Source: an uncultured Methanoregulaceae archaeon
GTDB taxonomy: Archaea > Halobacteriota > Methanomicrobia > Methanomicrobiales > Methanospirillaceae
NCBI GenBank assembly: GCA_963841015.1
Contig: CAWJAX010000005.1
Coordinates: forward strand, 128,001-192,000
Length of the DNA stretch: 64,000 nt
Direction of reading: 5' to 3'
Under the pieces are notes generated by a model. It saw only the letters and a list, made by a program, of their open reading frames with translations. It was not told the origin of the DNA and searched no databases. The position numbers and the translations under genes are program-made. How positions within the stretch are numbered: position 1 is the stretch's first letter; every line of letters begins with the position of its first letter. Shown here piece after piece: positions 39,600-51,150 of this stretch.

Positions 39600-40379
39600 A
39601 TGAAATTGCCGTCAGAAAATTCAGTTCGTGTTATTGAATGTCTCAAATCACTCGGTCTGACAAAGTATGAAGCACTCGTCTATATTGCACTCCTGAAACT
39701 GGAAAGTGCCACGGCAAGCGAGATTCATGAGATCTCCGGGGTTCCACGCGCATCGGTTTATACGGTTGTTGATCAGCTTCTTGATAAAGGACTTGTGTCA
39801 GTCTCTCAGTCTGCACCCAAACGATTTGCTTCCTTTTCCCCTGAAGACTCCATTTCCAAACTGATGGAACATATTGAACGGGATGCACAATTTGCACGTG
39901 ATTCCTTGTCGAAGATATACAGGGAACGGACAGGCCCGGGTTCGTCGGGTGAGGAACTCATCTGGAATATCTACGGTGTTGAAAATATCAAAAAAAAATT
40001 CACTGATACCATTTCCCGTGCAAAGCATGAGATCAGAATTATTGCTCACCCCCAGTTTTTATCTCCTGATATTCAGGATAAACTCATCTCCTCGGCACAT
40101 CATATCAAAGTCGAAATTATCACACCTCAATGGGCTGCAGAGATACCCAAAAAAATGAAAGTATATGTCTTAAAACATCCTGAAATCCCAAAAGAGCTTG
40201 ACAAAGCAAAAGATATGATGGCCGGCGGGGTCTGTATTATTGACAATCGGAGCGTAATGGTTATCGTCGGTGTTGGGGAGGAAGATGCAGTTGCACTGTT
40301 TTCAGAATCCGAAGGATTCGTCCGTTTCTTTGTGCGATATTATAACCTGATCTTCGACTGGGCAAAAAAAACCGGATGA
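39600..40379 (+). CDS. TrmB family transcriptional regulator
   Basis: LGLTKYEALVYIALL...ASEIHEISGVPRASVY wHTH followed by an effector domain. Confidence 0.92.
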   Translation: MKLPSENSVRVIECLKSLGLTKYEALVYIALLKLESATASEIHEISGVPRASVYTVVDQLLDKGLVSVSQSAPKRFASFSPEDSISKLMEHIERDAQFARDSLSKIYRERTGPGSSGEELIWNIYGVENIKKKFTDTISRAKHEIRIIAHPQFLSPDIQDKLISSAHHIKVEIITPQWAAEIPKKMKVYVLKHPEIPKELDKAKDMMAGGVCIIDNRSVMVIVGVGEEDAVALFSESEGFVRFFVRYYNLIFDWAKKTG

Positions 40380-40391
40380 AAAAAAATCTTT

Positions 40392-41138
40392 TTAGTAATC
40401 CCTGATCTCATCCATCTGTGAAATTTCCATCAGTCCCTTCATTGCCTGAGTCTGCACCCAGCGACCACCCTCTCGTATTGCGGCCATCGGATTTGTGCCA
40501 CCAACAGCTGCCATTGCAATGAACTGCGGACTTACCGGAACACCGAGCAGAGGCAGGTTCGGCATACCCAGCTCGAGAATACCGGTGAGGCTGCTGCCTG
40601 AAAGCTCGTCAAGCACTAAGCCAACCTGATGTTCAGCTTCCATATGAAACTCCCTGATATTTGCCAGGATTGCCCCGCTTCCCGTGCGCATTACGCTGGT
40701 AATAGAGGTTGTTTTCTGGGAAAAGAGCACCTGAAGAGGATCGATAGTTGTATGTTCATACAGGATGATGTGGGTAAACCGCATGGGTGTACGTTTTTCT
40801 ATCTCGACAATTCCCCCACCAATAGGAGTGATCGGAATTCCCCGGCGGATAAGAAGACCATCAAATGTTATACTGCAGATTGTACAGATTCCGGTGAATC
40901 CTTTAGGCACCGTATAACCAGCGATTTTCTCACCGGAAGGGAGGAATCTGACACGACCACTCACCGTTACACCGGTCTTATATGCATCTTTAAGCGTGGA
41001 GATTGCAAAGTCGAGATCTTCGTTTTTAATCAGCGATAAGTTATAAACAACGTTACCTTCTCCCGAAACCGGATCAAAAGTCACCTGCATGGCAAAATCT
41101 TCAATGCTATGGTTGACGAACTTGAGCGGAACGGTCAT
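40392..41138 (-). CDS. NrpR regulatory-domain protein (DUF128) lacking wHTH, NrpRII-like
   Basis: VTFDP, ICTICSITFDG, GGGIVE, Y..TTIDPL, ANIRE, GGTNPMA. Confidence 0.8.
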   Translation of the reverse strand: MTVPLKFVNHSIEDFAMQVTFDPVSGEGNVVYNLSLIKNEDLDFAISTLKDAYKTGVTVSGRVRFLPSGEKIAGYTVPKGFTGICTICSITFDGLLIRRGIPITPIGGGIVEIEKRTPMRFTHIILYEHTTIDPLQVLFSQKTTSITSVMRTGSGAILANIREFHMEAEHQVGLVLDELSGSSLTGILELGMPNLPLLGVPVSPQFIAMAAVGGTNPMAAIREGGRWVQTQAMKGLMEISQMDEIRDY

Positions 41139-41198
41139 TACAATAATTTCAGACATCGCAATAGAAAAATTGTTCTATAAGACCATGGCAATTTATTT

Positions 41199-42167
41199 AT
41201 GATGGAACACGACATGCGGGAAAAAGCCAAGAATGCGATGCGTCTCATTCTTGAGGCAGCCCGTTTTGAGGTCGAAGAGGTTGATGACCCCCTTGATCTT
41301 TCTGCGGTACGGGACAGCACCTGCCTTCTGGTACTCTGTTCAAACGACAGTGACCTTATCGGGCAGTTTGATAAAACAAATTACAATCTGATGATCGACG
41401 ATCATGAGATGAACTGCAAGAAACTCCTCTTTTCCATAGATAAAGAAATTGTAACCGAGAATTGCATCCGCTGGGGGGTCGACGAATTTGTACGGTTTAC
41501 CGGGGAGGCTGTGCTGGCCGACATTCTTAACCGCGAACTGGCACTGGATCTCACACCATCAAAAGGAAAGAAAACATCTGTCATACCTACATCAACCGGG
41601 CAGGAAATATCCAGGAAAGAGGAGTCCTCTGGCATCACCATTCCGCATTACCCGGTTAAAATAACCGAACAGGCAGCAATGCGAACCGGGGGAGTTCAGG
41701 GAACTGCAAAACTCCGCTTCATACCCTATTACCTTTTTCACTACACCAGCAGTGGCGAACAGGTCTACAAGGAACGGCGTATTCCCTTCGATGCTGACGG
41801 GTGGGGTGCAATTAATGCAATCAACGGTATAAAAATCGACCTTGATGATAAGTTAGTTGAGGAAACGGAGATTCCGGTAGGCGCCGAAGTTTCTGATCCC
41901 CATATCCGGAAAGATGAGGCAACAGAGCGAATTGTTAATGAGCTGATCGATCGGCTTACCCAGAAAGTGCGCATCAAGCAGGAAAAAGGGGATGCAATCT
42001 TTTACGAAGAAAAGATCCTCAAACCCGATAAGAAAAATATCTCTGTTGATACAAGGCAGGTCTATATCCCGATCTGGCAGATACGGGGCAAAAAGATTGT
42101 CGAGATTAATGCTTTTACGGGAGAACTGCTTTCAGAGCCAATGGATGAGGGCGTCGAAATATTTTAA
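41199..42167 (+). CDS. Conserved hypothetical protein
   Basis: 322-aa ORF with normal composition. C-terminal YIPIW...INAFTGE repeat-like motif. Confidence 0.7.
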   Translation: MMEHDMREKAKNAMRLILEAARFEVEEVDDPLDLSAVRDSTCLLVLCSNDSDLIGQFDKTNYNLMIDDHEMNCKKLLFSIDKEIVTENCIRWGVDEFVRFTGEAVLADILNRELALDLTPSKGKKTSVIPTSTGQEISRKEESSGITIPHYPVKITEQAAMRTGGVQGTAKLRFIPYYLFHYTSSGEQVYKERRIPFDADGWGAINAINGIKIDLDDKLVEETEIPVGAEVSDPHIRKDEATERIVNELIDRLTQKVRIKQEKGDAIFYEEKILKPDKKNISVDTRQVYIPIWQIRGKKIVEINAFTGELLSEPMDEGVEIF

Positions 42168-42260
42168 GGTGTAGGGTTGTTCAGTGAGAAGAATGGTTGA
42201 TCTCCTGAGCTCCACTCCTTAAAAGGAATAAAATTTCCCTTTATTAGGAAAGGAATACCC

Positions 42261-43596
42261 GTGATTGTAATTCTAGGGGGGGGGCCGGCAGGAAGGATCG
42301 CGTCCATTCGCCTCGCATCCGCAGGTAAAGATGTCCTTCTTATCGAACGAGGGGGTATCGGGGGTCAATGCCTCCATTTTGGATGCATGCCTGTATGTGC
42401 CCTGAATGATGTCGCCCGTTTCGTTCATTCGGCACGTACTTTTAACACCCTGGGAATTATTGATTCAGTTCCTGATATCAGTTTTTCATCGATTTTTTCA
42501 GAGATGCGGAAAATCCAGGAAAAGATCGCTTCTGTTCTGGATACCGAGACCAGATCTGCCGGAGTAAACATTATCTATGGGAAGAGCGGCAGGCTCGAGG
42601 GTAAGGAGGTTTTTGCCGGAGATGAGCAGATAGATGCTGAAGCAGTAATTGCAGCTACAGGTTCACGACCTAATATTCCTGCTTATCGACGGGATAAATC
42701 TCGAGGGAGTATACACCCCCCATACACTCTCTGGTATGAAAGAACTCCCAAAAAAACTGGTGATTGTCGGGGGAAGTGTAATGGCTGCTGAATTCGCTTA
42801 TATTTTTTCCATGTTCGGAAGCGAGGTGACCATTATCAGTCGGAGTGCTTTTCTGAAAAACACCGATAAACATCTCCGTACCATCGCAATCAGGGAACTT
42901 GAAGGGGTAAAAATCAGCGAGAATACAAGCGTACAATCGATATCCGGGAGATCACGTATCCAATCGGTTTGTGTGAGAGCAGATGACAAGGATGCATCGA
43001 TTGATGCTGATGCAGTCCTCATCGCTGCAGGTCTCGTTCCACGCTCCGAAATGCTGAACGGGGTAAAGAAAGGATCTATTGGAGAGGTTATTGTTGATTG
43101 TCACATGCAGACAAGTGTCCGGGATGTGTATGCCTGTGGAGATGTAATCGGTCCCCCATACCTCACCCCCGTTGCCCGTTATCAGGGTATTATCGCAGCC
43201 GATACTATACTTGGCAAACCTCGTACATTGGATATGCAGTACATCCCCCAGTCGATTAACCTTGCCCATGAACTTGCATTTTGCACTCCTGAAACGGAAG
43301 GCGCAGCTTCACTTGCGATTCCCGGGCCTGCAGGACCGGGAACATTCTGGTCGGTCCCCTCCGGAGATACCGGGCTCGCCAAGGTTATGGTTGATCCGGA
43401 TAACGGGGCACTTCAGGGAACCTGCGTGGCAGGGCCGGGGGGAGGGCTCATTGCCGGTTATATGGCATTTCTCATGAAGCGCCATTTTTCTGTTCATGAT
43501 TTTGAGGAGTTTATTGAAGTCCATCCGTCTACGGACGGTGTTTACGGACTGGCAAAATATGCATCTGATATGCTTAAAAAACAGAAAAAATCATAA
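42261..43596 (+). CDS. Dihydrolipoamide dehydrogenase-like pyridine nucleotide-disulfide oxidoreductase (one extra base near 42683)
   Basis: GGGPAG, GGQCLHFGCMP redox motif, ATGSRP, YACGDV, C-terminal HPS. Confidence 0.88.
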
Positions 43597-43738
43597 TCGG
43601 ACTTTTTTTCTGTGATCTGATATTCCTGAGTATGAATGCAAATATCAGGTCATTTTTCCGGCACGAAGGCTGAAGGTATTATTACGATAAGGATCGAATA
43701 ATTACGATACATATCATCCCGGCCCCTGGAGTTTTACG

Positions 43739-45268
43739 ATGACCAGTCCAACTGAAAATACAGCTTTTGAACAGACACGGCTTGACAAGATTCGTGTACT
43801 CCAGGATAAAGGTATCATAATCTTCCCGTCTTCGTTTGACCGGCAGCACACGGTGCTCGATATCAAGACCCGCTATGCAGATATCACCCATGAAAAAAGT
43901 ATTGATCCTGTCTCCACTGCCGGCAGGATTTACATTGTCCGGAATCACGGCAAAACCATCTTTGCTGACATCGGGGACGAGAGTGGCAAGATCCAGCTCT
44001 ATATCCGTAAAAACGATCTCGGCGAGGAGCAGTTCGAGCTCTTCAATCAGTTCATCGAGCGGGGAGACATCATTGGGGTTACCGGCCATGTGTTCCGGAC
44101 AAAACTGGGCGAGATCACAATCTGGGTAGATACATTCACTCTCCTGTGCAAGGCTGTCTGCTCCCTGCCCGAGAAGTTCCACGGGCTCACCGATATCGAG
44201 AAACGCTATCGCCAGCGTTACGTCGACCTGATTGTCAACGAGGAAAGCAGGCAGACTTTCCGGAACCGGAGCCGGATTATCTCGTTGATCCGCAAGTATC
44301 TTGATGATCACGGATTCCTCGAGTTCGAGACCCCCATTCTCCAGCCGGTATACGGAGGAGCCAATGCCCGGCCTTTCACCTCCTACCATAACTTCCTTGA
44401 CCAGAAACTTTTCCTCCGTATTGCTCCGGAACTCTATTTGAAACGACTCGTTGTTGGGGGGTTCGAGAAGGTCTTCGAGATCGCCCGGAACTTCCGGAAC
44501 GAAGCGGTAGACACCGATCACAATCCTGAGTTTTCAATGGTGGAGATCTACTGGGCGTACCAGGACTTCAAGGACATGATGGCCCTGACCGAGGACATCA
44601 TCTCATCCATCGTCTTTGAGATCCACGGGAAATACGAGATCCCATACGGCGAGACCACTCTTGACTTCAAGGCACCATGGAAGAAACTCTCGATGACAGA
44701 TTCTGTGTGGGAGGTTGCCGGCATCGACATCTTTACCCATTCAGTTGACGACCTCCGGAAGCTCGCACATCAGCACCGGCTTGAGGACTGGGAGAAACTC
44801 AGTACCCATCGGGAGTTCCTTGTAGCATTCTTTGAAGGACTTGTTGAAGAGAAGCTGATCCAGCCGACCTTTATCTACGATTACCCGGTTGAGAACTCCC
44901 CGCTTGCGAAACGCCACCGCACCAAAGAAGGTTTCACCGAGCGATTCGAGCTCTTCATCAGCGGCATGGAAGTTGGCAACGGTTTCTCGGAACTGAACGA
45001 TCCGGTCGACCAGAAAGCCCGGTTCGAGGAACAGGACGAGAAGCGGCGGCTGGGTGATGTGGAGGCACAGATGATTGATTACGATTTCATCAATGCCATA
45101 GGTTATGGAATGCCCCCGACCGGGGGTGTTGGTATCGGTATTGACCGGCTGGTAATGCTCGTGACAAACAATAATTCCATCAAAGAAGTAATCCTGTTCC
45201 CCTCAATGAAGAAAATTCAGGCGGGAGAGGATGACACAGAACATTCTGCGGAAAAAGAAGAACGTTAA
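43739..45268 (+). CDS. lysS: Lysine-tRNA ligase, class II
   Basis: OB-fold, RYRQRYVDL, GGANARPF, LRIAPELYLKRL, FRNE, GMPPTGGVGIGIDRL. Confidence 0.97.
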   Translation: MTSPTENTAFEQTRLDKIRVLQDKGIIIFPSSFDRQHTVLDIKTRYADITHEKSIDPVSTAGRIYIVRNHGKTIFADIGDESGKIQLYIRKNDLGEEQFELFNQFIERGDIIGVTGHVFRTKLGEITIWVDTFTLLCKAVCSLPEKFHGLTDIEKRYRQRYVDLIVNEESRQTFRNRSRIISLIRKYLDDHGFLEFETPILQPVYGGANARPFTSYHNFLDQKLFLRIAPELYLKRLVVGGFEKVFEIARNFRNEAVDTDHNPEFSMVEIYWAYQDFKDMMALTEDIISSIVFEIHGKYEIPYGETTLDFKAPWKKLSMTDSVWEVAGIDIFTHSVDDLRKLAHQHRLEDWEKLSTHREFLVAFFEGLVEEKLIQPTFIYDYPVENSPLAKRHRTKEGFTERFELFISGMEVGNGFSELNDPVDQKARFEEQDEKRRLGDVEAQMIDYDFINAIGYGMPPTGGVGIGIDRLVMLVTNNNSIKEVILFPSMKKIQAGEDDTEHSAEKEER

Positions 45269-45301
45269 ATTTTTTATAATTTTTCTATTTTTAAAAAATG
45301 C

Positions 45302-45781
45302 TTACTTATGGTACGGTTCACCACTTTTGATTTTACATGCCCGGTAGATCTGCTCAATCAGAACGAGCCGGATCATCTGGTGTGTAAATGTCATCAGCGA
45401 GAGTGAAAGCAGGACATTACTTCTCGCGATAACAGAATCAGAAAGCCCCAGATCCCCGCCAATCACAAACGTAATCTGATTCTTCCCGGCGATTTCATAC
45501 CGGCGGAGGTTTTCCGCCAGAGTCTCACTTGACCAGCAAACCCCATTACTATCAAGGACAATCACAAAACTATCCTTGGGGATGGCTGCAAGAATACGAA
45601 CCCCCTCCCCGTTTTTAACCAGGGTATCCTGAGAGGGTGACTGGCTGGCACCCCTTTTTTCTTCCGCAACCTCAAGGATATTCAGTTTCACGTAAGGGGG
45701 CAGACGTTTTTTGTATTCTGCAATACCCTCCTGCAAATACTTTTCCTTAAGTTTACCGACAGCGATTATGAGAATCTGCAT
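45302..45781 (-). CDS. rlmH: 23S rRNA m3-pseudouridine1915 methyltransferase (SPOUT)
   Basis: IAVGKLKE, FVIGG..GL, LSLS.MTFTHQMIRLVLIEQIYRA, EPYHK. Confidence 0.95.
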   Translation of the reverse strand: MQILIIAVGKLKEKYLQEGIAEYKKRLPPYVKLNILEVAEEKRGASQSPSQDTLVKNGEGVRILAAIPKDSFVIVLDSNGVCWSSETLAENLRRYEIAGKNQITFVIGGDLGLSDSVIARSNVLLSLSLMTFTHQMIRLVLIEQIYRACKIKSGEPYHK

Positions 45782-45837
45782 GAATCTGCCAACATAGTAA
45801 CTGGTGGATTTCCCTGCTGCTCTATGATAAAAAAATA

Positions 45838-47051
45838 TTATCCGAATATCTTTTTTGATTGTTCAAGTGCATCAACAGCCGGGAGCTTTTTCCGGTCAGA
45901 AACTCTATGCAGGCCCCGCCACCCGTAGAGATATGGGTGAAATCCTTTTCAATGCCAAGTTTTTCAATAACTGCTGCGGTGTGCCCGCCACCAATAACGG
46001 AAAACTCAACCTGTGATGCAGCCCTGAGTAGTTCGTAGGTTCCCGTTGCAAAGTCGGCATCTTCAAAGACTCCGGCAGGTCCGTTAAAGACAACAGTACC
46101 TGCCTTTTTAAGAACCTGAACCAGGGACGCAAGAGCATCCATCCCCAGGTCGAGAACGGGGGTATCTTCAGGAATCCTGTCAATGGGATATTCGACACGA
46201 TGATTATCCTGCCTGACTGCAACAGATTCCGGTATTACCACGCGGTCACGGTACAGGGAAAGGATCTCCTTTGCCTTTTCGATTTCCGGCTGGTATTTAA
46301 GTTGGGCAATCAGCTGGGTTGAGGGCTTACCGATATTGTAGCCGGAGGCAATCAAAAAGACATTTGCAACAACACCGATCACCATGACCTGATCAGCAAT
46401 ACCATTCGCCAGCACATGCCGCGCTACATCAATAGAATCATCCACCTTCGTTCCACCAAGAACCATACAGACAGGGCGGGGTGCCCCCGAAAAGACTTTG
46501 GAGAGTGTCGCCACTTCCTTTTCCATAAGGAGGCCCCCCGCTGATCGCATTGCAAGAGGGAGACCCACGATGGTTGGTTGTGAGCGGTGAGCGGTACCAA
46601 ATGCATCGTTTACAAAAACATCAGCCATTGAGGACAGTTTTCTTACCAGATGTGTCTTTTTTGCTTCTTCCGGTTTCAGGGTCAGGTTCTCTTCTGCATT
46701 AAACCTGACATTTTCCAGCATCAAAACGTCGCCAACCTTCATGGCATGCACACCTTCTCTGGCATGACGCCCGAATATGCCATCAACGTACTTGACCGGT
46801 TTTCCCAGAAGCTGCTCGAGCTTCTCTGCATGTGCTTCAAGCGTAGTGAAATCTTTTTTCCCGGGTCTGCTCTGGTGAGTGACAATTACCACCCGACTAT
46901 CAGAAAGGGCACGTATTGTCGGAAGGTGCTCACGGAACCGTTTGTCATCAAGAATAATGTTGGAGGTGGGATCGATGGGAGAGTTGAGATCGAGCCTGAG
47001 GAGGACCGTTTTCCCATTGCACCCCAGATCCCTGATGGTTCCAATCTGCAT
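45838..47051 (-). CDS. pgk: Phosphoglycerate kinase (one base missing near 45887; true C-terminus likely GKKLPAVDALEQSKKIFG)
   Basis: LRLDLNSP, HQSRPG, LENVRF, NDAFGTAHR, GGTKVDD, GGGHT, HISTGGGA. Confidence 0.95.
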
Positions 47052-47069
47052 CCAGAACACCTTACCGAT

Positions 47070-47699
47070 TTATGATGTACTCCTCGCTTTAATTCTTTTC
47101 ATCCGGAAGAGCTCTTCACGCTCCATCTCGTCGAGGCGCATCTTGATAAAGTCCCGGGCTCCGGTTAGTTCGGGAATTACTTTGTATTCGAGGGCATTTA
47201 CCCTCCTTTTTGTCTTTTCAATCTCATCAAGCAGACGCTTCATGGTTGTCTCGACCTCGGCGCTCTGGATGATCGATTCGACAAGATCCTCAAAGGCGGA
47301 TGCCGTTTCATCGATCACCGTTGACGTACCCAGCACCCCATACCCTCGATCCACGAGGCTCTTCTTTACCTTGGATGACTCAATCTGGGGGACGATGACT
47401 CCCATGATATTCTTGCTCTTCAGGGTTATCTCGGGGACTTCCTTTACCGAGAACGCCGCAGACTTAACCCCAATGGCACCTTCAACGGTGTTTGCAAGTG
47501 CCATCATCTCTACTGCACGCTGGTGCCGCACCAGGAGTTCTCCCTTGGTGTCCTTTGCATTGGCAAGGATCTTGAAAAATTCCAGGATAAGTCCGTCGCG
47601 CTTCATCTTGAGGATCTTGTAGCCGCGTTCGGAGAGCTGGATCTTCCGCTTCAGGTTGATCAGTTCTGACCGGGTCGGCTTAATATCTCGCAGCGCCAT
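47070..47699 (-). CDS. atpD: A1Ao ATP synthase subunit D
   Basis: PTRSEL...LKMKRD...EIEKTKRRVNALE. Confidence 0.96.
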   Translation of the reverse strand: MALRDIKPTRSELINLKRKIQLSERGYKILKMKRDGLILEFFKILANAKDTKGELLVRHQRAVEMMALANTVEGAIGVKSAAFSVKEVPEITLKSKNIMGVIVPQIESSKVKKSLVDRGYGVLGTSTVIDETASAFEDLVESIIQSAEVETTMKRLLDEIEKTKRRVNALEYKVIPELTGARDFIKMRLDEMEREELFRMKRIKARSTS

Positions 47700-47705
47700 G
47701 GACTT

Positions 47706-49094
47706 TTACTCCTTCTTGGCACCGGCCTTCATCTTGGGGTGGTACTTGTTGATCAGATCGCGGTCAATACGAGTCAGCTGCTCAACCGGCAGCGTCGAGA
47801 GAAGATCCCAGCCTAGGGTCAGGGTATCTTCTATGGTTCGATCCTCGTCATATCCCTGGCGGACAAAGCGGTTCTCAAAGATATCTGCAAACTCGAGGAG
47901 CAGGCGGTCCCGCTCAGAGAGGGCATCCTTACCAACGATAGCCACGAGACCCCGGAGATCGTTTCCTTCCGCGTAGCCGGCATACATCTGGTCGGAGACT
48001 TTCTTGTGGTCTTCCCGCGTATGTCCCTTTCCGATACCGAGGTTCATCAACCGCGAGAGGGAGGGCAGCACATTGATTGGCGGGTATATACCCTTTCGGT
48101 GCAACTCCCGGTTGACCACAATCTGGCCTTCGGTAATATACCCGGTCAGGTCAGGGATCGGATGGGTGATATCGTCACCAGGCATAGTCAGGATCGGGAT
48201 CTGGGTGACCGAGCCCTTCAGGCCCTTGATCATACCGGCACGCTCGTAAATACAGGCAAGGTCCGTGTACATGTATCCCGGATACCCACGGCGTCCGGGT
48301 ACTTCTTCCCGGGCTGCACCGATCTGGCGGAGTGCCTCGCAATAGTTGGTCATATCCGTCAGGATAACAAGCACGTGCATACCCAGCTCAAAAGCAAGGT
48401 ATTCAGCAGTGGTGAGGGCGAGCCGCGGGGTGATGATACGCTCGACAGCCGGGTCATCTGCAAGGTTGAGGAAGACTACCGCCCGTTCGAGTGCACCGGT
48501 GCGCTCGAAGTCCTGCATGAAATAATTTGCTTCTTCTTTCGTTATACCCATCGCTGCAAAGACGACGGCGAAACTCTCGGTCGAGCCGGGCACTTTTGCC
48601 TGCCGTGCGATCTGCAGCGCGACTTTGTTATGAGGAAGACCGGCTCCCGAGAAGATCGGGAGCTTCTGGCCACGGACAAGAGTATTCGTACCGTCAATAG
48701 TCGAAATACCGGTCTGGATGAAATCTGCAGGCATACCTCTCGCGTAAGGGTTAATTGCAGCGCCGGTGATATCGAGGCGTTTCTCCGGGACAATCTCCGG
48801 ACCGCCATCAATAGGTTTACCGCCACCGGACAGGATACGGCCGAGCATTTCACGACCCACGGGCATCTTGATGGTCTCACCGGTGAAACGGACACCACTA
48901 TCCCTGCCGATACCGGTCGTAGTCTCGAAGATCTGGACCACTACCAGTTCATCGCTTGTGTCGAGAACCTGACCACGCTTGGTCGAGCCGTCGGAAAGAA
49001 CAATGTGCACAAGTTCTCCGTAGGCAATCGGCTCGGTCTTCTCGACAAAAACGAGAGGACCTGCAATCTTATTGATCGTCCTGTATTCCTTCAT
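47706..49094 (-). CDS. atpB: A1Ao ATP synthase subunit B
   Basis: [36 protein letters not shown]. Confidence 0.97.
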   Translation of the reverse strand: MKEYRTINKIAGPLVFVEKTEPIAYGELVHIVLSDGSTKRGQVLDTSDELVVVQIFETTTGIGRDSGVRFTGETIKMPVGREMLGRILSGGGKPIDGGPEIVPEKRLDITGAAINPYARGMPADFIQTGISTIDGTNTLVRGQKLPIFSGAGLPHNKVALQIARQAKVPGSTESFAVVFAAMGITKEEANYFMQDFERTGALERAVVFLNLADDPAVERIITPRLALTTAEYLAFELGMHVLVILTDMTNYCEALRQIGAAREEVPGRRGYPGYMYTDLACIYERAGMIKGLKGSVTQIPILTMPGDDITHPIPDLTGYITEGQIVVNRELHRKGIYPPINVLPSLSRLMNLGIGKGHTREDHKKVSDQMYAGYAEGNDLRGLVAIVGKDALSERDRLLLEFADIFENRFVRQGYDEDRTIEDTLTLGWDLLSTLPVEQLTRIDRDLINKYHPKMKAGAKKE

Positions 49095-50857
49095 GCTGCC
49101 GACCTCAGTGTGTTGAACTCAGCGTCCATCTGTTTTTCGATTTTCGCCAGTTCAGGCTTGTAGTCCTTGATGAACTTGATCTGGGGCAGCTCGTTCTTTG
49201 CCTTGACCCCGTTGATCTGTGTAGGGCTGACACCGGCAATCTGGGCGGCGTAGGCAAGTTCGGCGAAGAGCTTGATCGCCTTCATCATGTCGTACTGTTT
49301 TGTCATGTCGCAGAACGTGTCAACAGCGTCATACGCGTTCTGCTGGAGGAAGATTTCACGGATCATACGGGCGACTTCGATAGTCACCTGTTCTGACTCC
49401 GGCAGGGCGTCGGAACCGACGAGCTGCACGATTTCCTGGAGCTCCGCCTCTTTTTGCAGGACTTCCATTGCCCACGAGCGGATCTTGTTCCACTCGGGGG
49501 AGACTTCCTTGTCATAATAGTCCTGCAGTGCTTCAAGATAGAGGGAGTAGGAGTTGAGCCAGTTGATAGCCGGGAAGTGCCGGCGCTGGGAAAGCTTCGC
49601 ATCCAGTGCCCAAAATACCTTGACGATACGAAGAGTGTTCTGGGTAACCGGCTCGGAGAAATCACCACCTGGCGGCGAGACCGCACCTATGACAGAAACC
49701 GACCCTGATGCTCCGTTCAGGGTCTCGACAAGACCGGCACGCTCGTAAAACTCGGAGAGCCGGGCTGCGAGATATGCAGGATACCCTTCTTCTCCCGGCA
49801 TCTCTTCGAGTCGGGATGAGATCTCACGCATCGCTTCAGCCCAGCGGGAAGTCGAATCTGCCATCAGCGAGACATCGTAGCCCATGTCACGGAAGTATTC
49901 CGCGATCGTAATACCGGTATACACTGATGCTTCACGGGCCGCAACCGGCATGTTGGAAGTGTTTGCAATAAGTACGGTCCTCTCCATGAGCGGTTTACCG
50001 GACTTCGGGTCCTCGAGGTGCGGGAACTCCGTAAGGACTTCCGTCATCTCATTGCCACGTTCACCGCAGCCGATATAGACCACGATCTCGGCATCCGACC
50101 ACTTGGCCAGCTGCTGCTGGGTGACGGTCTTACCACTCCCGAATGGGCCGGGGATTGCAGCTGTGCCACCCTTTGCTATAGGGAAGAGACCATCGAGGAT
50201 ACGTTGACCAGTGATCAGCGGGATCGTCGGATTCTTCTTTTCTTTTACAGGACGCGGGACACGGACCGGCCAGCGCTGGATCATCGGGTACTCGCGGCCA
50301 TCGTCAAGGACGCAAATCGTCTCGTCAACGGTGAAGTCCCCGTTCCTGATCGTTTTGACAATACCTGCCTTCACATTGGGAGGAAGCATGACCTTATGGA
50401 CGATGTTTGTCTCCTGGACTTCACCAAGGATTGCTCCCGGTTCGACCGAATCCCCTGATTTTACGACAGGCTTGAATGTCCATTTCTTCTCATGCGAAAG
50501 CCCTGGCGCCGAGACACCACGCTCGATGAAATTGCCCATCTTATCCACAAGGACCGCGAGGGGTCGCTGGATCCCGTCGTAGATACTGGTCAGGAGACCT
50601 GGACCCAGTTCAACTGCAAGTGAGAGGCCGGTGTTTTCAACCGGTTCACCGGGCCGGATACCGGAGGTATCTTCGTAAACCTGGATGATGATGCTGTCAC
50701 CCTGGATCTTGATGACTTCTCCCATCAGCGCTTCTTTTCCTACCTTCACCACATCGTACATGTGGGCGTCAAGATTGACTGCCGTAACGACAGGTCCGGC
50801 GATTCTTTTGAGAACCCCTTGTTTCTGCTCTTTTGCTTTTTTGGTTTTTACTTCCAC
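49091..50857 (-). CDS. atpA: A1Ao ATP synthase subunit A
   Basis: [30 protein letters not shown]. No intein. Confidence 0.97.
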   Translation of the reverse strand: MEVKTKKAKEQKQGVLKRIAGPVVTAVNLDAHMYDVVKVGKEALMGEVIKIQGDSIIIQVYEDTSGIRPGEPVENTGLSLAVELGPGLLTSIYDGIQRPLAVLVDKMGNFIERGVSAPGLSHEKKWTFKPVVKSGDSVEPGAILGEVQETNIVHKVMLPPNVKAGIVKTIRNGDFTVDETICVLDDGREYPMIQRWPVRVPRPVKEKKNPTIPLITGQRILDGLFPIAKGGTAAIPGPFGSGKTVTQQQLAKWSDAEIVVYIGCGERGNEMTEVLTEFPHLEDPKSGKPLMERTVLIANTSNMPVAAREASVYTGITIAEYFRDMGYDVSLMADSTSRWAEAMREISSRLEEMPGEEGYPAYLAARLSEFYERAGLVETLNGASGSVSVIGAVSPPGGDFSEPVTQNTLRIVKVFWALDAKLSQRRHFPAINWLNSYSLYLEALQDYYDKEVSPEWNKIRSWAMEVLQKEAELQEIVQLVGSDALPESEQVTIEVARMIREIFLQQNAYDAVDTFCDMTKQYDMMKAIKLFAELAYAAQIAGVSPTQINGVKAKNELPQIKFIKDYKPELAKIEKQMDAEFNTLRSAA

Positions 50858-51150
50858 AAATCAACACCCACCGATCTCTTGATTCTATCTCTCATAGACA
50901 ATCCCCCTTCCTCGCCACCGATCGCGATCACGGTGGGTTTCACGGAGTTTTCAAGGGTAGTCCGAAGTCTCCGGGGAACGCGGTCCATATCGCTGCTGTT
51001 GAGTACGAGAATGCCAACATTGCCATCATGGAGGACATTGTTGATGTATTCATTGAGTTTCTCGTCATTTTCTGCAGCGTATGTCTTTTTTATACCAGCA
51101 AGCCGGAACCCAAGAATGAACTCGCTGTTACCAATGACTGCAATCTCCAT
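50848..51150 (-). CDS. atpF: A1Ao ATP synthase subunit F
   Basis: [15 protein letters not shown]...SVGVDLWK. Confidence 0.95.
   Translation of the reverse strand: MEIAVIGNSEFILGFRLAGIKKTYAAENDEKLNEYINNVLHDGNVGILVLNSSDMDRVPRRLRTTLENSVKPTVIAIGGEEGGLSMRDRIKRSVGVDLWK

Noticed and set aside
45268-45330. rlmH 3' end as an SCC-like integration site
   Set aside because: No recombinase, duplicated att site or cargo. lysS abuts directly.
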